NCBI GenBank assembly: GCA_031290595.1
Contig: JAITNG010000028.1
Coordinates: forward strand, 1 to 40,063
Direction of reading: 5' to 3'
Length of the DNA: 40,063 nt
Source of the DNA: Oscillospiraceae bacterium
GTDB taxonomy: Bacteria > Bacillota > Clostridia > Oscillospirales > Acutalibacteraceae
Part shown: piece after piece, positions 8,468 through 15,259 of the stretch
How positions within the stretch are numbered: the stretch's first letter is position 1
Layout: each line of letters starts with the position of its first letter
The notes under the pieces: generated by a model
Database searches by the model: none
The model's input: the letters and a program-made list of their open reading frames with translations, nothing else
What the model was told of the DNA's origin: nothing
Position numbers and translations under genes: made by a program

Positions 8468-8496
8468 ATTGTAACACAAGATAGGGGGGATGTCAA
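8468..8496 (-). promoter_or_regulatory. Consensus-like sigma70 promoter TTGACA-17-TACAAT upstream of corA
   Basis: Read on the minus strand: TTGACAtccccccctatcttgtgtTACAAT. It leaves a leader of about 125 nt before the corA ATG. Confidence 0.7.
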
Positions 8497-8501
8497 ACAA
8501 A

Positions 8502-8538
8502 GGTTGTACCCCCGGCATGGCTACGCCGGGGTACAACC
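8502..8538. repeat. Hairpin GGTTGTACCCC(C)GGC...GCCGGGGTACAACC (REP-like palindrome)
   Basis: Read directly: arms of about 14 bp with a single bulged C, located between the phage module and the corA promoter. Confidence 0.6.
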
Positions 8539-8564
8539 TGAAAATAGAAATATACCGCACGTTG

Positions 8565-8590
8565 CCGGGACACGGCACGCCGTGTCCCGG
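8565..8590 (-). terminator. Terminator/REP-like hairpin CCGGGACACGGC-AC-GCCGTGTCCCGG closing the phage head module
   Basis: Perfect 12-bp arms. On the minus strand it is followed by the T-rich GTGCGGTATATTTCTATTTTC. It belongs to the CCnGGACAnGGC hairpin family also seen at 13905 and 38938. Confidence 0.65.
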
Positions 8591-8610
8591 TACGTGAAAT
8601 GGAACGCTTT

Positions 8611-9453
8611 TCACGCCACCGCAAAGTAAACATACGGCGTATACGCCAGATTGAGCGCCGCTGTGGTGGTGCCGGCTGCGACGGCTGCGCCGCTGCGCAG
8701 ACGGAAGCCCGTTGCTGTGACGGAAAGCCCCTGCGTGCCGCCTTCGCGGGTGGCGTAGCCGAAATACGACTGCGCGGCGCCGCCGGTGAAGTTGGCGTAA
8801 ACCACTGGCAGATCCGCCGCGAAGGCGAAGACGGCGCGGGGGTGCAGGCCGAGTTCGATGTTCTGCGTGGCCGCGCCGGAACCGAGGTATGTCCCCGTGC
8901 GGAAGGGCGCGTCCACCCAGCCTTTTTCGGCGGCGGAAAGATGAATATCGCCGTTGCCGATGTGGCTGCCGCAGAGCAGATCCTTGCTCAAAAAGGAGGT
9001 CAGGGTCAGCCCCGTGCTTTCCGCCGGGCAGAAGTCCGCGATGATCTCCGCCCAGGCTTCCAGCACAAACGCATCCGTGTCGCGGTGGGCGGCAACGTCG
9101 CCGCAGCCGGATTCCGGGATGTTGAGGTCGCTGGCAAAGGTGAGCATATCCAGCACGGATGTGAAGATTTCGTGGCAGCGGTCGCCGCCTTCGGCAAAGG
9201 GGACGTGCACGCCCAGCCGTAGGCGGATCACCGCTGTGCGGCAGTATTCCTGGCGTTCGAGCACGCCGTCGTCGTTTTCTGCAAACTTATCGGTGATCGC
9301 TACGGTATCCACCCCAACGGCCACGATGGCGCTGCGCAGCGGAACCGCCTTGTTTGCGGCGGGGTATTCCGTCAAAAAGCCGACGTCTTGCAGCGGCTCC
9401 TGTTCGCCGAGCCATTGGGCGATTGCGCCCGGCATGGCGCTGATTGCGCTCAT
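8611..9453 (-). CDS. Phage neck/tail-completion-like N-terminal domain fused to a beta-rich C-terminal domain of unknown function, 280 aa; last gene of the module
   Basis: The ATG at 9453 (MSAISAMPG...) follows RBS AAAGGTG, and the track ORF extends spuriously to 9603. Its position after the adaptor and stopper genes fits a gp17/HK97-gp10-like neck protein. The C-terminal half (HIGNGDIHLSAAEKGW...TGTYLGSGAATQNIELGLHPRAVF...) resembles fibre or jelly-roll-type phage domains, but I cannot assign it. Confidence 0.55.
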   Translation of the reverse strand: MSAISAMPGAIAQWLGEQEPLQDVGFLTEYPAANKAVPLRSAIVAVGVDTVAITDKFAENDDGVLERQEYCRTAVIRLRLGVHVPFAEGGDRCHEIFTSVLDMLTFASDLNIPESGCGDVAAHRDTDAFVLEAWAEIIADFCPAESTGLTLTSFLSKDLLCGSHIGNGDIHLSAAEKGWVDAPFRTGTYLGSGAATQNIELGLHPRAVFAFAADLPVVYANFTGGAAQSYFGYATREGGTQGLSVTATGFRLRSGAAVAAGTTTAALNLAYTPYVYFAVA

Positions 9454-9481
9454 ATGTTTGATCACACCTTTCGTTGTAGCC

Positions 9482-9814
9482 CTATTCCACAATGCTGCGG
9501 ATAATCGCCCAGACGTGGCTGGCTTCCGCGCCGCAATGGACTGTTTCCGCACGGTCAACGGTGTAGCGTTCTTCGCCGCATTCGATGCTGGCTTCCCGCC
9601 CAAGCAGGTTCAGGTCATGTTCCGGCGGCCCCAGGTAGAGGTAGTAGCCTTCCCGGTTGAAGCCGATGCGGGTGTTGACCCCGCCAAGGTACATCTTGTT
9701 TTTGTAGCGCAGCGGCTGGATGAACGCGCCGAAGGTTTCGCTCTGCCAGCCATCGGGCAAGCGGAGCCGCACCGGGCGCCCGTAGCGCTGCATGATCTGG
9801 CGAATTTCCTTCAT
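9482..9814 (-). CDS. Putative phage head-closure/stopper (SPP1 gp16-like) protein, 110 aa
   Basis: The call rests on size and position directly after the gp6/gp15-like adaptor. A 4-nt ATGA overlap couples it to the upstream gene. Confidence 0.5.
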   Translation of the reverse strand: MKEIRQIMQRYGRPVRLRLPDGWQSETFGAFIQPLRYKNKMYLGGVNTRIGFNREGYYLYLGPPEHDLNLLGREASIECGEERYTVDRAETVHCGAEASHVWAIIRSIVE

Positions 9815-10224
9815 GCGGCGCCCCCGTGCGTGTGGAACGCCGTTGTGCGCACCGCAAAGCCCCGGTCGCGCAGCAACTCCGCCACGGCGGCAAGGCCTTC
9901 GGCACGCAGACGCTCCGCCCGCTCAATGCGCCGGAGGAAGGCTTCTTCCCCCCGCTTGCGCACGGTAATATCCCCGGCCTTGAAGCTCTCGATTTGTGCA
10001 TCCTCCTCCGCTGCCGCGCGGCTTTCCGCCCGTTGCAGCACCAGGCAGTAGGCGATCCCGGCGGCGGCGCGGTCAATGCGCGGGTCGTCCGGGTTTGCGT
10101 CCGACCGGAGCAGCGGGTGCAGCTGGGCAAGCGCGGCGGCGCAAAAGGGCAGCGCCGCCCGCGCAGCTTCGTCGTCCAGTTCGGTGAGCAGCCGCAGTTG
10201 CCCCAAAACGGTTCCCTGGCTCAT
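9811..10224 (-). CDS. Phage head-tail connector/adaptor (gp6/gp15-like), 137 aa
   Basis: A helical N-terminal half is followed by FKAGDITV...R, which is typical of the Phage_connect_1 family. It is the first gene after the MCP, and RBS AAAGGAGG precedes it. Confidence 0.65.
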   Translation of the reverse strand: MSQGTVLGQLRLLTELDDEAARAALPFCAAALAQLHPLLRSDANPDDPRIDRAAAGIAYCLVLQRAESRAAAEEDAQIESFKAGDITVRKRGEEAFLRRIERAERLRAEGLAAVAELLRDRGFAVRTTAFHTHGGAA

Positions 10225-10252
10225 GGATGAAACCTCCTTTCGTCATTTGCAA

Positions 10253-10281
10253 GGGGCGGGCGGCTGCCCGCCGCCCGCCCC
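10253..10281 (-). terminator. Strong GC hairpin (11-bp stem) immediately after the capsid gene; a putative attenuator or mRNA stabiliser rather than a full terminator
   Basis: GGGGCGGGCGG-N7-CCGCCCGCCCC, read directly. No U-tract follows on the minus strand; the next bases are TTGCAAATG. Confidence 0.5.
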
Positions 10282-10299
10282 GTTCCCCCAAAATCGCAG

Positions 10300-11298
10300 T
10301 TATGCAAGCGCCTTCACAGCGCCGGCGTGGAGTTTGGCAAAGCCCACCGTGGCGGTGATGGCCGCGCGTTCCAGCTGGTGGTCAATCAGCTTATCATAAT
10401 CGGTGACGACGCCGCCCGCCGTGACCATTTCGAGCGCGCTGTTCTTATCCAGGGCAAGGATGCGCCCGGCAGGGACGGCGTTGGATTTGATCAGCTCCGC
10501 GCCCAGCGGGGTCACCAGGCGGCCTGTGCCGTGGAAGTTCAGCCCGGCGGTCGCGTCGCGGAATTCCGCCATGGCCAGCAGCTGCTGCATCTGCGCGGCG
10601 GGGGCGAGCAGCGTCGTCATGGCAAAGGGATCCATGCTGTTCCACAGCGTCAGCAGGTCGGCGTAAGCCAGGCTGCCGCCCGCCATGCCCACTTCCGCCG
10701 CAGCTTCGCCAGTGCCGCCGTCGCCATTGAGCAGCACATCCACCGCTTCGGTCAGCAGGGTTTTGGCGATTTCCGCGCCGATTTGCCGCAGCGTGACGGT
10801 GAACAGCTCCAAACGGTGGAAACGGATCGCTTCGTAGCTGGCCGAAAGCAGACGGCCATGCTTGTGCATGGCGACAAGGCTTTGCTTGTTCAGCACCTTG
10901 GTTTCGGGCAAAGCGCCGCCTTCGGCAATGGCCGCTTCCGTGCTGCCGGAACCCGCAACCGTTTCAATCGAGCGGTAATCCAGCCCGTTGACCTGCGTGG
11001 TGGTGGCGGTGATGCGGGGCAGCACGTCGCTGCGCTCCATCCCCTGGCGCACCGCGCGGGCGATGTATTCCGGGAAGAGGGTGGCCGTTTCGGCGCTTTG
11101 GAAGAACTTTTCGACCCGGTCGCTCCCCGCGCCGCTGATGCGGATGCCGAAGCGCTTGAGCTGGCGTTCGTAGGCGTCCAGTTCGCCCAAAGGCGTGCCG
11201 CAATATTGCGCGGTGGGGTCGGCCAGCTCAAGGGTCTTCGCAAACCCCTGTGCAGAAGTGTAAAGGCTCTTATCCAACTTCAGATTATCATACGCCAT
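10300..11298 (-). CDS. HK97-fold phage major capsid protein, 332 aa
   Basis: Size and position after the protease/scaffold gene fit a capsid. The sequence style is typical of Clostridial phage capsid families (N-terminal SLYTSAQGF...LDAYERQLKRFGIR, C-terminal VTDYDKLIDHQLERAAIT). RBS AAAGGAGA precedes the ATG. Confidence 0.8.
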   Translation of the reverse strand: MAYDNLKLDKSLYTSAQGFAKTLELADPTAQYCGTPLGELDAYERQLKRFGIRISGAGSDRVEKFFQSAETATLFPEYIARAVRQGMERSDVLPRITATTTQVNGLDYRSIETVAGSGSTEAAIAEGGALPETKVLNKQSLVAMHKHGRLLSASYEAIRFHRLELFTVTLRQIGAEIAKTLLTEAVDVLLNGDGGTGEAAAEVGMAGGSLAYADLLTLWNSMDPFAMTTLLAPAAQMQQLLAMAEFRDATAGLNFHGTGRLVTPLGAELIKSNAVPAGRILALDKNSALEMVTAGGVVTDYDKLIDHQLERAAITATVGFAKLHAGAVKALA

Positions 11299-11373
11299 AA
11301 TTCAAATCTCCTTTTCGATGTGTTTTTTGATGTGTTGTAGGTAGGTTTTTGATGGATTGCTTTTGGGCTTGAT

Positions 11374-12375
11374 TTAGTTGAGCCGAAAGTCGGCGTTTTC
11401 GGCCGCCGGGGGGTCTGCGGGGCGGCAGAGCTGCGGCCGCAGGGGGATGATTTTGCCCGCTTGCTTTTCCAGTGCCAGGGTGACGTCTTCCAGTTCCCCG
11501 GTGCTGAGGTTGTTGCACATGCGTGCCAGCAGGTCTTCCGCCAAACCGGGCAGCGCAACCAGGGCGGTGCGCTGCGCCTTGGCCAGCAGGTTGCTGCGGT
11601 AGGCGCGCCCGTCGGCGGCTAGGGTTTCGAGCTGCTCCAGTTCAGCTTGCAGGGCTTTTGCCGTGGCGTCATCCATCGTGATGGCTTCGCCACCGGCTGC
11701 ATCAAAGAGCTTGCGTAAATCTTCCATGCTTTGGATCCTCCTTTCTTTTGGGATTTGCTTCGCCTGCCAGGCTTTGATCACACCGGCGCCGGGCTGTGCG
11801 GGCACCGCTACGAACGAAAACTCGTAGGCGTCCGTCGGCTCCTCCAGCCGGGCGTGGCAGGGGATTCCGTCCACGATCTCCCCCTTGCGGTGGGTGCAGC
11901 CCTCCCGGCCAAACACCTTGCCACAGGCCGAACAGCGCACCGCCTTCACCGCGCAGCTGACGCTGACCTCCTTTTTGATCCCCGCGTCAATCTGCCGGCA
12001 AAGCTCCGCCGTGCTTTCGCTGCGCAGCATATAGATTTTGCCGACCAGGCTTGTGTAGGCCTCGCCCAGGCTGGTTTTGCGGGCGGGGTCGGTGCGCAGC
12101 TCCGTGTCATAAACGCGCATCAGCTGGTCGCTTGCCCGCATACTGTGGTCAAACAGCCCCGTTTTGCCGGTGAAGCGCTTGGCCAGGGCTTCCAGGCTCT
12201 CCACCGGGAAGCGTTCGCCGTCCCGGTCGATCTCGTTGTCGCACAGCGCCGCACGGAACACGTAAAGCTCTTCGGCGGGCAGCGGTCTGCGGGTCAAACG
12301 ATGGATCAGTTTGAGGTCGTCCGCGCCGGGCGTGCAGGGCTGCGCCTCCCGCCCCGTTTGCTTATAAATATCCAA
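11374..12375 (-). CDS. HK97-family prohead serine protease fused to a C-terminal coiled-coil scaffold, with a Cys-rich zinc-ribbon-like insertion, 333 aa
   Basis: Motifs are CDNEIDRDGERF...GLFDH (catalytic His region), KKEVSVSCAV (Ser region) and EFSFVAVPAQPGAGV. The insertion reads CSACGKVFGREGCTHRKGEIVDGIPCH. The C-terminal part, ALQAELEQLETLAADGRAYRSNLL, is coiled coil. The TTG start at 12375 follows GGAGGG with 6 nt spacing. Confidence 0.8.
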   Translation of the reverse strand: MDIYKQTGREAQPCTPGADDLKLIHRLTRRPLPAEELYVFRAALCDNEIDRDGERFPVESLEALAKRFTGKTGLFDHSMRASDQLMRVYDTELRTDPARKTSLGEAYTSLVGKIYMLRSESTAELCRQIDAGIKKEVSVSCAVKAVRCSACGKVFGREGCTHRKGEIVDGIPCHARLEEPTDAYEFSFVAVPAQPGAGVIKAWQAKQIPKERRIQSMEDLRKLFDAAGGEAITMDDATAKALQAELEQLETLAADGRAYRSNLLAKAQRTALVALPGLAEDLLARMCNNLSTGELEDVTLALEKQAGKIIPLRPQLCRPADPPAAENADFRLN

Positions 12376-12378
12376 TGC

Positions 12379-13581
12379 TTACCCTCCTGTTCCTTCCTTG
12401 ATTTTTGCCGCCTGCGCCCGGAGTAATTCTGCGCGTGCGAGTTCCACTTCATCCGCCAGGGTGATGTCATCCCACACCACCGTGCAGGGGGCGGCGTAGC
12501 CCTGCGCCGCCAGCATTGTCTGGCTGATGCGCAAAATCACGGGCGTCAGGATGCGGCGGTAGCTTTCCAGTTCGCTGGTGAGCAAATCGGCTTGCTGGGC
12601 GCTCATCCGCTCCGTGCTGGACCAGGTCAGGCCGAGCAAAAAGGGCGGCAGCCCGGTTTTGGCCACAATCTGTTCCAGCAGCTGGCGGATGGGGATTTCG
12701 CTTTCCGGCAGCGGCGCTTCCGCGCCGATCACCCGGATGCTGACGTCCCCTGCGGCGATGAAATCCCGCACGCCCGCGCCTTCCTGCATCGCGGCTTCCC
12801 ACTGCGTGGCCAGCTCCTGCACCCGTTCCCGTGTGTGCAGCCGCTCTGCGGGGTCGCTCCCCGGCTGGTATGTTACCGCAAAGCGGACGTTGCCCAGGCG
12901 TTCCCAGTTTTGCCCCAGCGTGTGCAGAATTTGCAGCAGCACACCGCTGACGAAGGGCAGCCCCTTGAGCAGCGAATTCCCCGCAAGCGCCCCGGGCAGG
13001 GGGTTGAGTACGCTGAGGTAGACCAGCTGCGGGTGCGGCACCGGCCGCAGCTGCTCCGGCTCGCCTGTGCAGATTTCCACATCCAGGCCGTTTGCCGCCC
13101 GGCAGAGCGTCACGCCCTCCGGCGGGGCGTTCCACAGTGCGGCGGGGGAGCCGTCTTCGCGCAGCACCAGTTCCCCCAGGGCGGTGCCGAGGGTCAGCAG
13201 CTGCTCAAAATAGGTCGCGACGAAGGCGTGGATCCCCCGCTGGTTGCCGCCCGCCGGGAGCAGCGCGAGGGTTTCGGCCAGCCAGCGCTCCGCCCGCGCA
13301 TCCGCGCACCCCACCCGGAAGCCGCCGACCAGCCGCACCAGGTGGAAGACGGCTGCGTCGATCAGCGGCACCGCCTCCCGCAGGGAATAGTAGAGCCGAG
13401 CCTCCGCCGCCGGGCAACAGTGCTCCATTTCCCCACAGAACCCCGCTGCGGCGCCGCTCTGCCCCGCGAGCATGGGGAAGGGCTGCGGATTCCCCCGGGC
13501 GGCGAGCGCCAAAGGAGCCGCCGCCTGCGCCGAACCCCCGGCGCGTTTACGTTTCCGCCAACCGGCGGAAGAGTTTGCCAT
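12379..13581 (-). CDS. Phage portal protein, about 400 aa
   Basis: Size and position between terL and the protease fit a portal. Its stop codon is embedded in the protease RBS. The ATG at 13581 follows AAAGGA with 9 nt spacing. Confidence 0.75.
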   Translation of the reverse strand: MANSSAGWRKRKRAGGSAQAAAPLALAARGNPQPFPMLAGQSGAAAGFCGEMEHCCPAAEARLYYSLREAVPLIDAAVFHLVRLVGGFRVGCADARAERWLAETLALLPAGGNQRGIHAFVATYFEQLLTLGTALGELVLREDGSPAALWNAPPEGVTLCRAANGLDVEICTGEPEQLRPVPHPQLVYLSVLNPLPGALAGNSLLKGLPFVSGVLLQILHTLGQNWERLGNVRFAVTYQPGSDPAERLHTRERVQELATQWEAAMQEGAGVRDFIAAGDVSIRVIGAEAPLPESEIPIRQLLEQIVAKTGLPPFLLGLTWSSTERMSAQQADLLTSELESYRRILTPVILRISQTMLAAQGYAAPCTVVWDDITLADEVELARAELLRAQAAKIKEGTGG

Positions 13582-13597
13582 GGCAATCAATCCTTTC

Positions 13598-13632
13598 TAG
13601 ACTTTAGATTTTAGATGGTAGATGGTAGATGG
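13598..13632. repeat. Five tandem heptamers: TAGACTT TAGATTT TAGATGG TAGATGG TAGATGG
   Basis: Read directly. The array abuts the portal RBS and its near edge lies 17 nt upstream of the portal ATG in minus-strand orientation. Confidence 0.85.
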
Positions 13633-13652
13633 TTTCTCGATTGAAATCGTTA

Positions 13653-13813
13653 TTTTAAAGCCCCGGTCGACTGCTAGTCGACCCTACAAATTTTACGGCT
13701 GATAGCCGATTGTTGACGTGCCTTCGTGAAAACAATAAATGTGGGTAGTGGGTGAACCGGCTATTAGCCGTACCATTTGTAGGGTCGACTAGCAGTCGAC
13801 CGGGGCTTTAAAA
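13653..13813. repeat. 161-bp MITE-like palindromic multi-hairpin element with TTTTAAAGCCC...CCCTACAA termini
   Basis: The arms are about 56 bp and near-perfect inverted repeats, identical for 38 nt. Each arm holds its own hairpins: GGTCGAC-TGCTA-GTCGACC and CGGCT-GAT-AGCCG. There is no ORF. Confidence 0.85.
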
Positions 13814-13904
13814 TGTCTTTTGCCCCAAGCGCACATACGATGAAGTGTTTTTATTGAGGAACAGTATAAAAGACTTCTTTCGTTCAACCTTGTGCATTAG
13901 CGCA

Positions 13905-13930
13905 CCTGGACAAGGCAAGCCTTGTCCAGG
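13905..13930. repeat. REP-like hairpin CCTGGACAAGGC-AA-GCCTTGTCCAGG just after the terL stop
   Basis: Perfect 12-bp arms with no U-tract on the minus strand. It belongs to the same family as the hairpins at 8565-8590 and 38938-38963. Confidence 0.7.
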
Positions 13931-13945
13931 AACATGTGTGACCAA

Positions 13946-15211
13946 TCACTTTCCCCCCCGCCGCGCCGTTGCCGCAAAAAGCCCGCCGCTTGCTTCTTCC
14001 CCGCGCAGCACTGTGACTGTGAAGTAGCGCATGTCGTCCATTGCGTGGTCGTTTTCTTTGCGCGGCGCATCCTTGTTGCCGCCCGGATCCCAACGGTAGA
14101 GCGAGAATTCCCGCAAACAATCGGTGCAGCCCTGCGCAAAGCCAAGTACGCCCGCCTGTAAAGCGTCCGCCACGCGGCGGATGCCGTAAAGCACATCGTT
14201 GTTGGCCGGGATCGCCGCAAACCGCCCGTGCCGCCGGATGCATTCCAAAAAGCTGGCCGCCGAGGGGTCGCAGATCACGCCGCGGATCGGCAGCGCCGCC
14301 GCCAGTTCTTCCAGCGCATGGTAATGCTCTTCGTCGGTGCGCTGGCAGCCCCTTGCGCGGCTATCCCAATAATACTCCCGCAGCCGCAGCCACCTGCCGC
14401 CGCAGCCCCCCCAAAGCCCGAACGAAGCCGGGTTCACCGTGCCGTAGTCGCAGGAAATCCAGTATTCCCCACAGGCCGCAGGGGCTTCCGCAAACACGTG
14501 CTTTTCCGCCGAAAACATGGGGTAGACCAGGCCTTCCGCCGCCACCCAGCGGCCTTCCACAAACCGGGCATAAAACGCGCCGGAATAGAGCTTCTTATAC
14601 CTTGCCAGCATCGCCGGGCTGAGCGAGGGGTTGTCCTCCATACAAAAATGAATATAAAGGCAATTCTTCTCCTCCGCCTTGCAAATCCACTCTGTGTGGA
14701 ACCAGTGCGCCGGGTATTCCGGGTTGCAGTTGAACCAGAGCTTCGAGCGTTCCAGCGAACAGCGGGCTATCGCCTGTTCCACAAACGAGCGGGGCATCAG
14801 CGCGACTTCATCCAGCAGCACGCCCCCCAGCGTCATGCCCTGGATCAGTGCGGCCGAACCTTCATCCTTGCCGCCGAACAGATAAAACCGGTTGCACCTG
14901 CCGCCGTATGCTATTTCCACCAGGTTTTGGCTGCGCTTTTCGCTGCAACAGAACCCCAGTTCCCCCAACAGCGGCAGCAACGGCGTGATCACGTTGCGCC
15001 GCAGCGAAGTCACCGTTTTGCCGCAGATGGCAAACGAACTGCCCGCAAACGCCGCCATCGCCCAGCCCACAAACGAAATCCCCATGCAAAGCGTCTTCCC
15101 CGAACGCACCGCCCCGTCGCAAATTACCGCATCGCATCCGCTCCAACCGCTCCCCGGGTGCCACCAATGCAAAGCCAAAACCTGCTTCTCCGAAAATTTT
15201 TTTAGGGTCAT
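13946..15211 (-). CDS. terL: Phage terminase large subunit (PBSX/Terminase_3-like), 421 aa
   Basis: It has Walker A GAVRSGKT, Walker B GGVLLDEV and the nuclease-domain acidic motifs ISCDYG and DHAMDD. It follows the small terminase gene. Confidence 0.92.
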   Translation of the reverse strand: MTLKKFSEKQVLALHWWHPGSGWSGCDAVICDGAVRSGKTLCMGISFVGWAMAAFAGSSFAICGKTVTSLRRNVITPLLPLLGELGFCCSEKRSQNLVEIAYGGRCNRFYLFGGKDEGSAALIQGMTLGGVLLDEVALMPRSFVEQAIARCSLERSKLWFNCNPEYPAHWFHTEWICKAEEKNCLYIHFCMEDNPSLSPAMLARYKKLYSGAFYARFVEGRWVAAEGLVYPMFSAEKHVFAEAPAACGEYWISCDYGTVNPASFGLWGGCGGRWLRLREYYWDSRARGCQRTDEEHYHALEELAAALPIRGVICDPSAASFLECIRRHGRFAAIPANNDVLYGIRRVADALQAGVLGFAQGCTDCLREFSLYRWDPGGNKDAPRKENDHAMDDMRYFTVTVLRGEEASGGLFAATARRGGK

Positions 15212-15259
15212 AGTTTTCCTTTCATAAGAATTGGGGCTTGATCTTCCTACTTACGGCGT

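Noticed and set aside
8411-8629. Short ORFs 8411..8614 (minus) and 8435..8629 (plus) between corA and the phage module
   Set aside because: They are translations of the palindromic hairpins (for example VPGHGVPCPGN) and of the corA promoter region. They are mirror images of each other, so they are not coding.
13598-13632. Heptamer tandem array as a possible CRISPR or minisatellite locus
   Set aside because: The units are only 7 bp and directly abutting, with no spacers, so this is not CRISPR. It is kept as a possible iteron-like or binding-site repeat in the findings.
13653-13813. Multi-hairpin element as a tRNA, tmRNA or other known RNA gene
   Set aside because: It is an almost perfect long palindrome. 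It has no T-loop (GTTCRANNC) or D-loop features, no acceptor-stem/CCA geometry and no match to any RNA family I can recall.
8954-15205. Plus-strand ORFs across the phage module (8954..10051, 10327..11340, 11731..12426, 12592..13614, 14228..15205)
   Set aside because: All of them lie antisense to recognisable phage structural genes. Their composition is Arg/Pro/Gly-rich and they have no start-site signals.
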